In this document: positions 17,689-25,674 of the stretch, in pieces
How positions within the stretch are numbered: the first letter of the stretch is position 1
How the letters are laid out: each line of letters opens with the position of its first letter
Origin: Acidimicrobiales bacterium
Lineage (GTDB): Bacteria; Actinomycetota; Acidimicrobiia; Acidimicrobiales; VFJN01
Assembly: GCA_036781345.1 (NCBI GenBank)
Contig: DAIQBC010000001.1
Coordinates: 1,121 to 33,142 of the forward strand
Length of the DNA stretch: 32,022 bases
Reading direction: 5' to 3'
Notes under the pieces: generated by a model
What the model was told of the DNA's origin: nothing
What the model saw: only the letters and a program-made list of their open reading frames with translations
The model's database searches: none
Position numbers and translations under genes: made by a program

Positions 17689-18932
17689 CCGGTGACCTCA
17701 CCTTCGGCGACCTGCTGATCGTGTCGCTGATCGCGGTGATCGCGCCGCTGGTGGCCAACTCCATCCCCGGGATCAAGGTGCCCGGTGTCGTGCTGGAGAT
17801 CGTGGCCGGCATCGTGGTGGGCCCGTCGGTGCTGGGCTGGGTCGAGGTCGACGAACCCATCGCCGTGCTCGGTCTGGTCGGGCTGGCGTTCCTGCTGTTC
17901 CTGGCCGGACTCGAGATCGACCTGGCGAGCTTGCGCGGCCACCTCCTGCGCCTCGCCCTCACCGGGTTCGGGCTGACCCTCGCCATCGGGTTCGTCGCCG
18001 GCGCCGCCTTCGACGCCGCCGGCTGGGTCAACGGCCCGTTCTTCCTGGCCATCGCCCTCACGGCCACGTCGCTCGGGTTGGTCGTGCCCGTCCTCAAGGA
18101 CGCGGGCGTGGCCGACGAGCCCGTCGGCCAGCTCATCATCGCCGGTGCGACCATCGCCGACTTCGGCGCCGTGATCCTCCTCTCGTTGTTCTTCTCCGAA
18201 GCCGAGGGCGGCACGGCCAGCAAGCTGATCGCGGTCGGCTCCTTCGTGACCGTCATGGCGGTCCTGGCACTGGTGCTCGTGCGGGCAGGCCGCAGCATGC
18301 GGATCGACGCCGTCCTGTTCCGGCTGCAGGACACCACCGCGGAGATCCGGGTGCGGATCGCTGTTGCGCTGCTCGTCGGGTTCGTCGCGCTCGCTGCGAA
18401 CGCCGGGCTCGAGATCATCCTCGGAGCCTTCATCGCCGGCGCCCTCCTCGGTGCGGTCGATCGGGACACGATGTCCCACCCGCACCTGCGCACCAAGCTC
18501 GACGCGGTCGGCTACGGGTTCGTGATCCCGGTGTTCTTCGTCGCAAGCGGGCTGCGCTTCGACCTGGATGCCCTCACGAGGAGTCCCGGCGTCCTCACCC
18601 GCGTGCCTCTCCTCCTCCTCGCCCTGTTGCTCGCCCGCGGGCTGCCCGCCCTCCTCTACCTGCGGCCGCTCGGCCGCGATGGGGCGACCATCGCCGCTCT
18701 GCTCCAAGCGACCTCTCTGCCGTTCATCGTGACCGCCACCCAGATCGGCGTCGGGATCGGCGCCATCCGACCGGCGACCGCGGCGGCCCTCGTCGCCGCC
18801 GGGCTGCTCTCCGTCGTCGTCTTCCCGCCGATCGCTCTCGGGTTGCTGCGCCGCCTGCCGCCCACCGCCGAGTCGTCGCCGCCCACCGCCCTGTCGACCG
18901 TCGGGCACCGCCCGATGGGCACGCAGGACTGA
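17685..18932 (+). CDS. Cation:proton antiporter (CPA2/Kef-like membrane domain)
   Basis: GTGA overlap with the reductase stop. About 12 hydrophobic segments. VLEIVAGIVVGPSVLG is a Na_H_exchanger-type N-terminus. Confidence 0.8.
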   Translation: MTGDLTFGDLLIVSLIAVIAPLVANSIPGIKVPGVVLEIVAGIVVGPSVLGWVEVDEPIAVLGLVGLAFLLFLAGLEIDLASLRGHLLRLALTGFGLTLAIGFVAGAAFDAAGWVNGPFFLAIALTATSLGLVVPVLKDAGVADEPVGQLIIAGATIADFGAVILLSLFFSEAEGGTASKLIAVGSFVTVMAVLALVLVRAGRSMRIDAVLFRLQDTTAEIRVRIAVALLVGFVALAANAGLEIILGAFIAGALLGAVDRDTMSHPHLRTKLDAVGYGFVIPVFFVASGLRFDLDALTRSPGVLTRVPLLLLALLLARGLPALLYLRPLGRDGATIAALLQATSLPFIVTATQIGVGIGAIRPATAAALVAAGLLSVVVFPPIALGLLRRLPPTAESSPPTALSTVGHRPMGTQD

Positions 18933-18961
18933 TCCCGCCCACCACCAGAAGGACCCGATCA

Positions 18962-19942
18962 ATGATCCTGACCAGCGATGTCATCCCGATCGAGGTCCAC
19001 CTCGATCCCGGCGAGTGGACTCGGCTCCTCCGGGCCGAGGCCGCGGCGGGCTTGACCGCCACACCCAAGGAGCTGCCGCCGACGTGGCTCTACGACGATC
19101 GTGGCTGCGAGCTCTTCGACGCCATCACCCGGCTCCCCGAGTACTACCCCACCCGAACCGAGCGGGCCATCCTCGCGGAGCGGGCTACCGCCATCGCCAC
19201 CATCACCGGCGCGGACACGCTGATCGAGCTGGGCGCTGGCACATCGGAGAAGACCCGGCTGCTCCTCGACGCCATGACGGCCACAGGTTGCCTCCGCCGC
19301 TTCGTGCTCTTCGACGTCGCCGAGCCCACTCTGCGAGCCACTGCCCAGACCGTGGCCGAGGAGTACCCCGAGATCGAGGTCTCCGGTGTCGTCGGTGACT
19401 TCCGGCGCCACCTTGACCGCATCCCCAACGACGGCCGGCGGCTCATCGCCTTCCTTGGGGGCACCATCGGCAACCTCCAGCCGCCCGACCGAGCATCGCT
19501 CCTCGCTCAGCTGGCTCGCACGATGGCCCCCGGCGACGCGCTGCTCCTCGGCACCGACCTCGTGAAGGAGCCCGACCGGCTCGTCGCCGCCTACGACGAC
19601 ACCGCTGGGGTGACCGCGGCGTTCAACAAGAACGTGCTCGCCGTGCTGAACCGCGAGCTGGGCGCCGACTTCGACCTCGAGCGCTTCGATCACGTCGCTC
19701 GCTTCGACCCTGACGAGCAGCGGATCGAGATGCGGCTCCGAGCCCGGGGCGCCCAAGCCGTGCGGGTCGAAGCCCTGGGCCTCACCTTGGCGTTCGACGA
19801 CGGCGAGGACATCCGAACGGAGATCAGCACCAAGTTCCGCCCTGAGGCCGTTCGGGCCGAGATCGCCGCTGCCGGCCTCGATCTGGTCGCGTGGTGGACC
19901 GACGGCAGCGGTGACTACGGCGTGTCGCTGTCGATCCGATGA
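18962..19942 (+). CDS. egtD: L-histidine N-alpha-methyltransferase (ergothioneine biosynthesis)
   Basis: Close by-eye match to mycobacterial EgtD landmarks: LPPTWLYDDRGCELFDAITRLPEYYPTRTE, ELGAGTSEKTRLLLDAM, FLGGTIGNL and GVTAAFNKNVLAVLNREL. Confidence 0.9.
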   Translation: MILTSDVIPIEVHLDPGEWTRLLRAEAAAGLTATPKELPPTWLYDDRGCELFDAITRLPEYYPTRTERAILAERATAIATITGADTLIELGAGTSEKTRLLLDAMTATGCLRRFVLFDVAEPTLRATAQTVAEEYPEIEVSGVVGDFRRHLDRIPNDGRRLIAFLGGTIGNLQPPDRASLLAQLARTMAPGDALLLGTDLVKEPDRLVAAYDDTAGVTAAFNKNVLAVLNRELGADFDLERFDHVARFDPDEQRIEMRLRARGAQAVRVEALGLTLAFDDGEDIRTEISTKFRPEAVRAEIAAAGLDLVAWWTDGSGDYGVSLSIR

Positions 19943-21111
19943 GCGCCCTCGACTACTGCTCGGTCCGGGCGACCACCGAGCGCCTGGCCGCCCGGCTGGG
20001 GGCAGAGGACCAGACCGTGCAGTCGATGCCGGACGCCTCACCCACGAAGTGGCACCGGGCCCACACCTCGTGGTTCTTCGAGACCTTCGTGCTGCGGCCG
20101 TTCGCCGAGGGCTACGAGGAGGTCGAGCCCGCCTACCGCTTCCTCTTCAACTCCTACTACGAGGCTGTCGGGCCTCGTCACGCGAGGCCGCAGCGCGGGC
20201 TCATCACCCGACCCGGCATCGCCGAGGTGGCTTCCTATCGCCGCCATGTCGACCGGGCCATGCTCACCCTGCTGGACGGCGAGGTGCGCGATCCGGTCGC
20301 GCCGCTGGTCGAGCTCGGGCTCCACCACGAGCAGCAGCACCAGGAGCTGCTGGTGATGGACATCCAGCATGCGCTCTCGTGCAACCCGCTCCTGCCTCGG
20401 TACGGCGAGCTCCCCTGGGCCTCGAGCGAACCGACCGGTGATGGCTGGATCCGGCACGACGGTGGTGTCGTGGAGGTCGGCCACGGGGGCTGCTCGTTCG
20501 CCTTCGACAACGAGGGTCCGAGGCACGAGCAGCTGCTCCGGCCCTTCGAGATCGCCGCCGGCCTGGTGACCAACGGCGACTGGCTGGCCTTCATGGACGA
20601 CGGCGGGTACGAGCGGGCTGAGCTCTGGATGTCCGACGGCTGGCACATGGTGCAGGCGAGCGGGTGGCACAGCCCCGAGTACTGGCACCTCGCAGAGGAC
20701 TCGGCTCTCGTGTTCGGCCTCGAGGGCCTCCGACCGCTCGACCCGGCGGCACCTGTCGCCCACATCAGCTGGTTCGAGGCCGATGCCTACGCACGGTGGG
20801 CCGGCGCGAGGCTCCCGCTGGAGGCCGAGTGGGAGGCCACCGCCCCCGAGCCCGAGGATCGCCGTGCGCCAGGGTGGTACGGCTCGGTCTGGCAGTGGAC
20901 CGCCAGCCCCTACACCGCGTACCCGGGGTTCCGACCCTCAGCCGGGGCCGTCGGTGAGTACAACGGGAAGTTCATGGTCAACCAGCACGTGCTGCGAGGC
21001 TCCTGCCGCGCCACCCCGCCCGGCCACGCCCGCCGTACCTACCGGAACTTCTTCCCAGCCTCGGCTCGCTGGGCCTTCGCCGGGCTGCGCCTCGCCTACG
21101 ACGGCCGGTGA
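19939..21111 (+). CDS. egtB: Hercynine oxygenase / sulfoxide synthase
   Basis: ATGA overlap with egtD. DinB-like N-terminus SPTKWHRAHTSWFFETF and HHEQQHQELL, followed by an FGE-sulfatase-like C-terminus (WQWTASPYTAYPGF, RGSCRATP). Confidence 0.85.
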   Translation: MSALDYCSVRATTERLAARLGAEDQTVQSMPDASPTKWHRAHTSWFFETFVLRPFAEGYEEVEPAYRFLFNSYYEAVGPRHARPQRGLITRPGIAEVASYRRHVDRAMLTLLDGEVRDPVAPLVELGLHHEQQHQELLVMDIQHALSCNPLLPRYGELPWASSEPTGDGWIRHDGGVVEVGHGGCSFAFDNEGPRHEQLLRPFEIAAGLVTNGDWLAFMDDGGYERAELWMSDGWHMVQASGWHSPEYWHLAEDSALVFGLEGLRPLDPAAPVAHISWFEADAYARWAGARLPLEAEWEATAPEPEDRRAPGWYGSVWQWTASPYTAYPGFRPSAGAVGEYNGKFMVNQHVLRGSCRATPPGHARRTYRNFFPASARWAFAGLRLAYDGR

Positions 21112-22511
21112 GGTGCCGGGGGCTGCACACCCAGACCGAGCGCCCGAAGCAGCCGATCGGTGATGTCGGCCCACCGGTAGCGGCGGGCGGTCTCGACCGC
21201 CGCCGCCCGCATGGCCCGCGTCCGCTCGGGATCGGCACGCAGCCAGTCGAGGTGAGCGATGATCTCGCAGGCGTCGTCCGTGTCGAGCGCGAGCCCGTTG
21301 TGAAAGGGGATGAGGTAGTCCTCTCCGGTCGCGCCGGTGATCACCAGGCCCCTGGAGGCCATCGCCTCGAGGCCCACCAGGCCGAAGGGCTCGAACCCGC
21401 TGTTGGCCAGGACTGCGTCGACGCCGCCGTAGAGGGCCCGGAGCTGGTCGCCCTCCACCGGGAAGGCCAGCTCGATGATGGCTGATCCCCCCGGATCGGC
21501 GGCGCGCACACCGGCGGCCAGATCGCGCTGGGCCGGCCCGATGCCGGTCAGGTGCACCCAGGGAAGCCCGAGGTGCTCGGCGTGCGCTCGGAGCGCATCG
21601 TGGTGGCCGCGGGCCGCGGCGCTGCCGTTCCAGCCGCGGGCGAGCAGCACGGCGTCCTGGTGGCGGTCGCGCTGGTGGGCGACGGCATCGAGCGCCATGT
21701 GCCAGCGCTTGTCGGGGTCCGAGCGGCCGACCTTGGCCAGCGACACCCGCCGGCCCACGAAGACCTGCTCGAGCGCTGAGCGGCCGAGGACCGGCGGATC
21801 CGCAAGGAGGTCGTCGGGGATGCCGTTGGGCACGACGAGGGGGTTGACGCCGTGCTGCCAGAGGAGGTGCTTCATGGCCCGCGAGATGGTGAGGATCGTC
21901 GCCGCCGTCGCGAGCCGGGCGAAGTCGATCCTGTCGAAGCCGAAGCGGTTGTTGGCTGTCCACGCCAGCACGGCGTGGTCGCGCAGCTGGCGCCGCTCGA
22001 GCTCGTCGTGCAGGGCGATGAGCGGCCAGGCGGCATGCCAGTCCTCGGCCAGCACCACGGTCTGCCGGCCCGCCCTGAGGTCGGTCGCCACGAGGTCGGC
22101 GATGTGGGCCGGCCAGCGGGTGCACAGCTCCTCGATCTTGCGCTCCTCAGCCTCGTAGACGCCCTCGCGGGCCCCAGCGGAGATCGCCTGGCACCAGCGA
22201 CGGAGCCTGACCCCGTCCCGTTCTTCGACGTGGGGCAGATCGGGGTCGCCGACGAAGTGCAGATCGACTGGAGTCCCATCGGAGGCCAGCGCCCGAGCCA
22301 GGTTGGCGACCCGGACCGCGAGCCCGCCCGCCGACGCGTAGCGGTCTGGGCCCTCGAACGACAGCAGCACGAACCGCAGGAGGCCCGCCTCCGGCTCGAC
22401 GGCGGAGCAGTGGCGGGGCGCGGGAGCCGGCACGTGGCCGGGGGGCACCGTCCCTGGGAGCGTCAGCGGACGCTTCGGGAGCGGCCGACGGGCGGCGAGC
22501 TTGGTGGGCAT
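21096..22511 (-). CDS. Glycosyltransferase (GT-B fold, GT4-like)
   Basis: 471 aa. N-terminal FVLLSFEGPDRYASAGGLAVRV and a C-terminal GFEPFGLVGLEAMA (E-x7-E-type) motif. RBS GGTGAGG. Its 3-prime end overlaps the convergent egtB end by 16 nt. Confidence 0.7.
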   Translation of the reverse strand: MPTKLAARRPLPKRPLTLPGTVPPGHVPAPAPRHCSAVEPEAGLLRFVLLSFEGPDRYASAGGLAVRVANLARALASDGTPVDLHFVGDPDLPHVEERDGVRLRRWCQAISAGAREGVYEAEERKIEELCTRWPAHIADLVATDLRAGRQTVVLAEDWHAAWPLIALHDELERRQLRDHAVLAWTANNRFGFDRIDFARLATAATILTISRAMKHLLWQHGVNPLVVPNGIPDDLLADPPVLGRSALEQVFVGRRVSLAKVGRSDPDKRWHMALDAVAHQRDRHQDAVLLARGWNGSAAARGHHDALRAHAEHLGLPWVHLTGIGPAQRDLAAGVRAADPGGSAIIELAFPVEGDQLRALYGGVDAVLANSGFEPFGLVGLEAMASRGLVITGATGEDYLIPFHNGLALDTDDACEIIAHLDWLRADPERTRAMRAAAVETARRYRWADITDRLLRALGLGVQPPAPHRPS

Positions 22512-22777
22512 GCCTCACCGTCTGGCCAGCGGCTCTCTCGTTACGTCCGGCCGTCTCGCCGAACAGCGCTGCCGCGTTCGACGCGAATTCGCCCAGCGAC
22601 GTCGCAGGTCGCCCGGCGATGATGGCCGAGGTGGAGGAGGCCCACGTCGTCGTCGCCCATCGCGAGCGAGCGACCCTGCGCGTCGGCGACGTGTTCGTGC
22701 TGCGGACTCCCCGCGGCCAGCCCGCGGCCTCGACCCGATCTGCGGCCGAGGCCGGGGGGCTGTTCTGACCCATAAGC

Positions 22778-22837
22778 CAGGTCAGGGGTGGTGGGGCTAG
22801 GAAGAATCGAACTTCCGACCTCATCCTTATCAGGGAT
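22778..22837 (-). repeat. att repeat, distal copy (displaced tRNA-Ile 3-prime segment)
   Basis: caggtcaggggtggtggggctaggaagaatcgaacttccgacctcatccttatcagggat is identical over 60/60 nt to 31934-31993. Identity breaks on both sides. Confidence 0.9.
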
Positions 22838-22856
22838 CGACAGGGGTGCGCGCCGT

Positions 22857-22915
22857 TGACCGTCATGCCCTCTGACCTGGGCTTTCGCGTTCTGGAGTGA
22901 CCGCCATTGACCGCC
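22857..22915. repeat. Candidate integrase/Xis arm-type sites TGACCG(C/T)C x3
   Basis: tgaccgtc at 22857-22864. tgaccgcc at 22898-22905 and 22908-22915, a tandem pair at 10-bp spacing. The same 8-mer occurs twice in the related region at 4562-4569 and 4598-4605. Confidence 0.45.
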
Positions 22916-22929
22916 GTTTTCCACCCTCC

Positions 22930-22949
22930 CGCGGCCTGGCCGCGGCCTG
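22930..22949. repeat. 20-bp box cgcggcctggccgcggcctg, copy 2 of 3 (distal arm of the element)
   Basis: Exact 20-mer, located 92 nt inside the distal att repeat. Confidence 0.85.
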
Positions 22950-22976
22950 GAGGTCGCCTCAGAGGACGCCACCCGC

Positions 22977-23648
22977 TCAATATCCGACGAGCAGGATTCC
23001 CTTGAACGGGAGTGTGAGTCGTCCGCTCCAGTGCAGCGCGCGCAGGAACTCGAGTAGCGGCTCGTAGCCGGCGCTGGTTTGTCCGCTCGAGCGATAGGAG
23101 ATCGGGATCATCATCGCCAGGTAGTCCGCGTCGGCGATGAGGCTGGTTCTGAGCAGGTCGCGGAACCCTGCGTTCGACATGACGCCACGACCGGCCTCGA
23201 CCTCGACGACGATCTTCATCTCCGGCTGGTATGCATCGATGTCGTACCTGATCGAGGGAACGCCGTTCTCACCGAAGAGGACCGGTCGTCGGATCAGGCC
23301 AGCCGCGGCCTTTCCCGCTTCGACCTCGTAGTTGAGTGCCTCGAGGCCCGTGCGGAGCTCCTTGAGAACCGTGTCACTCTTCGGTCCGTTCTTGTCGGCC
23401 GATGAGATGGCTCCCTCGGCCGCCGCGACCACCGCTACGAACTGCAGAGCCCAGCCCGGGGGCTCGTCATTGGCTGGGAAGTACTGCCATCTCGGGAACG
23501 CCACTGCCGTAGCTTGTCGCCGTTCGGCCGGTGAAGCTAGCGGCAGAGGCCCGCCGGCGATCCGTTCGCTTGGCTTCCTGTTGAGGCGCTGGTTCGGTCC
23601 CGACAGGTAGTGGGCCTGCCCCAGCCGAACTCTGTCGTCCCGGCGCAC
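22977..23648 (-). CDS. PD-(D/E)XK nuclease candidate, BamHI/BglII-like; no partner methyltransferase
   Basis: Core RYDIDAYQPEMKIVVEVEAGRGVMSNAGFRDLLRTSL fits an acidic D ... E-x-E arrangement followed by an SN...R..L helix, as I recall it for BamHI/BglII-type enzymes. The first ~48 codons have poor codon bias. An alternative GTG start at 23504 would give 175 aa. Confidence 0.45.
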   Translation of the reverse strand: MRRDDRVRLGQAHYLSGPNQRLNRKPSERIAGGPLPLASPAERRQATAVAFPRWQYFPANDEPPGWALQFVAVVAAAEGAISSADKNGPKSDTVLKELRTGLEALNYEVEAGKAAAGLIRRPVLFGENGVPSIRYDIDAYQPEMKIVVEVEAGRGVMSNAGFRDLLRTSLIADADYLAMMIPISYRSSGQTSAGYEPLLEFLRALHWSGRLTLPFKGILLVGY

Positions 23649-23975
23649 CGCGCGAGTTCAGACGAGTTGGTCTTGGCCGAGGTTCTGAGCAAGGTCCCGA
23701 TAGAGGTCCGCGTGGTCATTAGCGGCAGTTGTGCCGCCTGGCTACCGCGCCGAGCTGCCGGGACGACCTCCTGGCTCACCACCGCATGGAGGTCCCGCTA
23801 ACAGTTAGCTCTCGCATAGCGCCTGGGCCACTCAAACGGAGACCCCTCACCAGTTTCACCGTCGCCCCGAGCGGCCATCGAAGTCGGAGCCGGAGCAAGC
23901 TGAGCCTGGTACCTTCGCTCGATCTACAACAGCGGAGAATCGATCTCAAGTGGGTCCCTTGGGAGCTGGGCCGAA

Positions 23976-24707
23976 GTGTCGGTAGCGCGCGAGCCGGCAC
24001 GCGAGGTCCTCCTGCGCCGAGTGTTGAATGCAGCGAAGGAAGACTGGGCGCACACCACAGCGACACAGCGACTGATCCTGATCGTCGTCGCAGTCGGCAT
24101 CGCTTATGAGTGGGGCATCGGCAATGAGATTGTTACCCCCTGGCTGTCCTCGCTCCTACTTGATCGTCTTGGAGACGGAATCGGTGGAGCTCTCGCTGCC
24201 GCTGGGCTCGTGGCGGTATTCACGGCCCTGCAGCAGGTGGCTGTTGGTTGGCTCACGCTTTACGCGATGGCCGTGACTCCCTCAGTCGTCGACACCGCGG
24301 CAGATGCTGTTCGTGCTCGCTTTGGCTTCGTCGTCCCGTCGTGGTGGACGCTTCCAAGGTTTCAGGCCGTTGCCGTGAGCTTCAGTCTCGGTGGAACGTT
24401 CGTCGCGGTCGAGGAATCTCTCGCAGCCGCGCCACGGCGGAGACACACGGTCGTCGTCTCCTCCGTGGTCTGCGCAACAACCGTCTTCGTGGTTGTCGGT
24501 GTCATCGGCGTGCTCGTTCTCGCGTGCGATGGAACGGTTCTCGAAGGCGCTGCGCGGACCCTGATGCGAATCCTGAGCAACCCGATGCCTTGGTGCGTGG
24601 TGGCCATTGGGCCATCGGTCGTCAAGTGGGTACGCGAGAGACACGCGACAACCTCAGCCGGTTCGATCAGTCTTGCCCAGCCACCAGCCGAGGACGAGCC
24701 CCGTTGA
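23976..24707 (+). CDS. Polytopic membrane protein (4-5 TM), hypothetical
   Basis: GTG start with GGGAG 10 nt upstream. Hydrophobic segments include LILIVVAVGIAY, GGALAAAGLVAVFTAL..GWLTLYAMAV, FQAVAVSFSLGGTFVAV, VVVSSVVCATTVFVVVGVIGVLVLA and PWCVVAIGPSVV. Confidence 0.6.
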   Translation: MSVAREPAREVLLRRVLNAAKEDWAHTTATQRLILIVVAVGIAYEWGIGNEIVTPWLSSLLLDRLGDGIGGALAAAGLVAVFTALQQVAVGWLTLYAMAVTPSVVDTAADAVRARFGFVVPSWWTLPRFQAVAVSFSLGGTFVAVEESLAAAPRRRHTVVVSSVVCATTVFVVVGVIGVLVLACDGTVLEGAARTLMRILSNPMPWCVVAIGPSVVKWVRERHATTSAGSISLAQPPAEDEPR

Positions 24708-25531
24708 CAGTTGAGGCGAATCCCTACTCCGCGGACCCCTATGGCACCGATGTACTCGAGGCGTGCGTACATGCGTGCGCTGCCCTTGAGCCTTTCCTAT
24801 ACGAGGTCGCGTACGCGGACATCGGCTCGTCTGAGGTCTACTGCATCAACGAGCCCGGCTCGGAGGCTGCCAACGTCTGCCGAGCGATCGAAGGATTTGT
24901 ATTCGAGCGAGACTGGGGCTTGCCTCCTGCGCACACCGTTGTCGACTTCGCACCATTTGAAGGCAACTCAATCTTCTTCCTGTTGACGACTCGCGTCGAC
25001 GGCCAGAGCCGACCTGTCGGCGTCTTGCGCGTCGCCGATCTCTCGGTAGGGCCTTCAGAGAGCGAGTCGGCGTACCGTGAGCTGATCGGCGACGGTCCCC
25101 TGCCTGCGGAGCTCCGATGGCTACCTGAGGACCGCGGAGTGTGGGACGTGGTTGGCGTCGCCGTGCTTCCTGAGTACCGGAATGGCCTGGAGTCGGCGTG
25201 GCTCTACCACGCCCTTTATCAAGCGAGTCTCGATCGCAGAATCACGCGATGGATCACCAACGTGACGCCGCGCGAGCTTCGAAACCTCCGCGAGTGGATG
25301 GGCATACCGTTCACGGACGTTGGTGAGAGCGGCATATATGTCGGTCCAACGGATGGAGTCGCAACGGAGTTCATCTTCTGTGAATGTCTCGTTGGCGTGA
25401 TCGCTGCTGCAGTGAGCCAGCGGATCGCCGAACTTGAACGCGATGAGAGCGAGATGTCCCTTCTAATTTCGCAAGCGGCGAGCGTTGCACTAACGGGGAG
25501 ATTCCCCCCGCTCCAGCAACTAATGGGGTAG
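24704..25531 (+). CDS. GNAT-fold N-acyltransferase candidate (LuxI/FeeM/OlsB-like)
   Basis: TTG at 24704 overlaps the membrane-protein TGA (TTGA), with GAGGA 9 nt upstream. There is no in-frame ATG until very late. Motifs by eye are CRAIEGFVFERDWGL...VVDFAPFEG...LLTTRVDGQSRPVGVLRVAD and WDVVGVAVLPEYRNG. Confidence 0.45.
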   Translation: MTVEANPYSADPYGTDVLEACVHACAALEPFLYEVAYADIGSSEVYCINEPGSEAANVCRAIEGFVFERDWGLPPAHTVVDFAPFEGNSIFFLLTTRVDGQSRPVGVLRVADLSVGPSESESAYRELIGDGPLPAELRWLPEDRGVWDVVGVAVLPEYRNGLESAWLYHALYQASLDRRITRWITNVTPRELRNLREWMGIPFTDVGESGIYVGPTDGVATEFIFCECLVGVIAAAVSQRIAELERDESEMSLLISQAASVALTGRFPPLQQLMG

Positions 25532-25655
25532 CCGTGCGTGCCCACCGCTATCTCCCCCAGCGACGCAGGGCACGCGACGGCGGGTCAGGACAGCGGTTAG
25601 TAGTGCGCCGTCACAGACTGCCCTGAATGGGACACGGACACCAGCGCACCGCTGG

Positions 25656-25674
25656 CTGCGCCGGGGCGGCAGAG
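25656..25674 (+). repeat. Island intergenic motif copy 1 (ctGCGCCGGGGCGGCAGag)
   Basis: The 15-nt core gcgccggggcggcag is at 25658-25672. It is preceded by the hairpin ccagcg-cac-cgctgg (25641-25655). It lies in the convergent gap between the acyltransferase-like gene and the relaxase. Confidence 0.8.

Noticed and set aside
22501-22980. ORFs 22501-22800 (+), 22541-22972 (-) and 22147-22980 (-) across the att region
   Set aside because: They read through the displaced tRNA fragment (for example MRSEVRFFLAPPPLT, which also appears in the ORF across the real tRNA at 31609-31980) and through the arm repeats. Their translations are Arg/Pro-rich and low in complexity.
23797-23809. 13-bp palindrome gctaac-a-gttagc in the divergent nuclease / membrane-protein intergenic region
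   Set aside because: It could be an operator for the cargo genes. It is short, occurs once and has no partner regulator in the island, so I could not distinguish it from chance.
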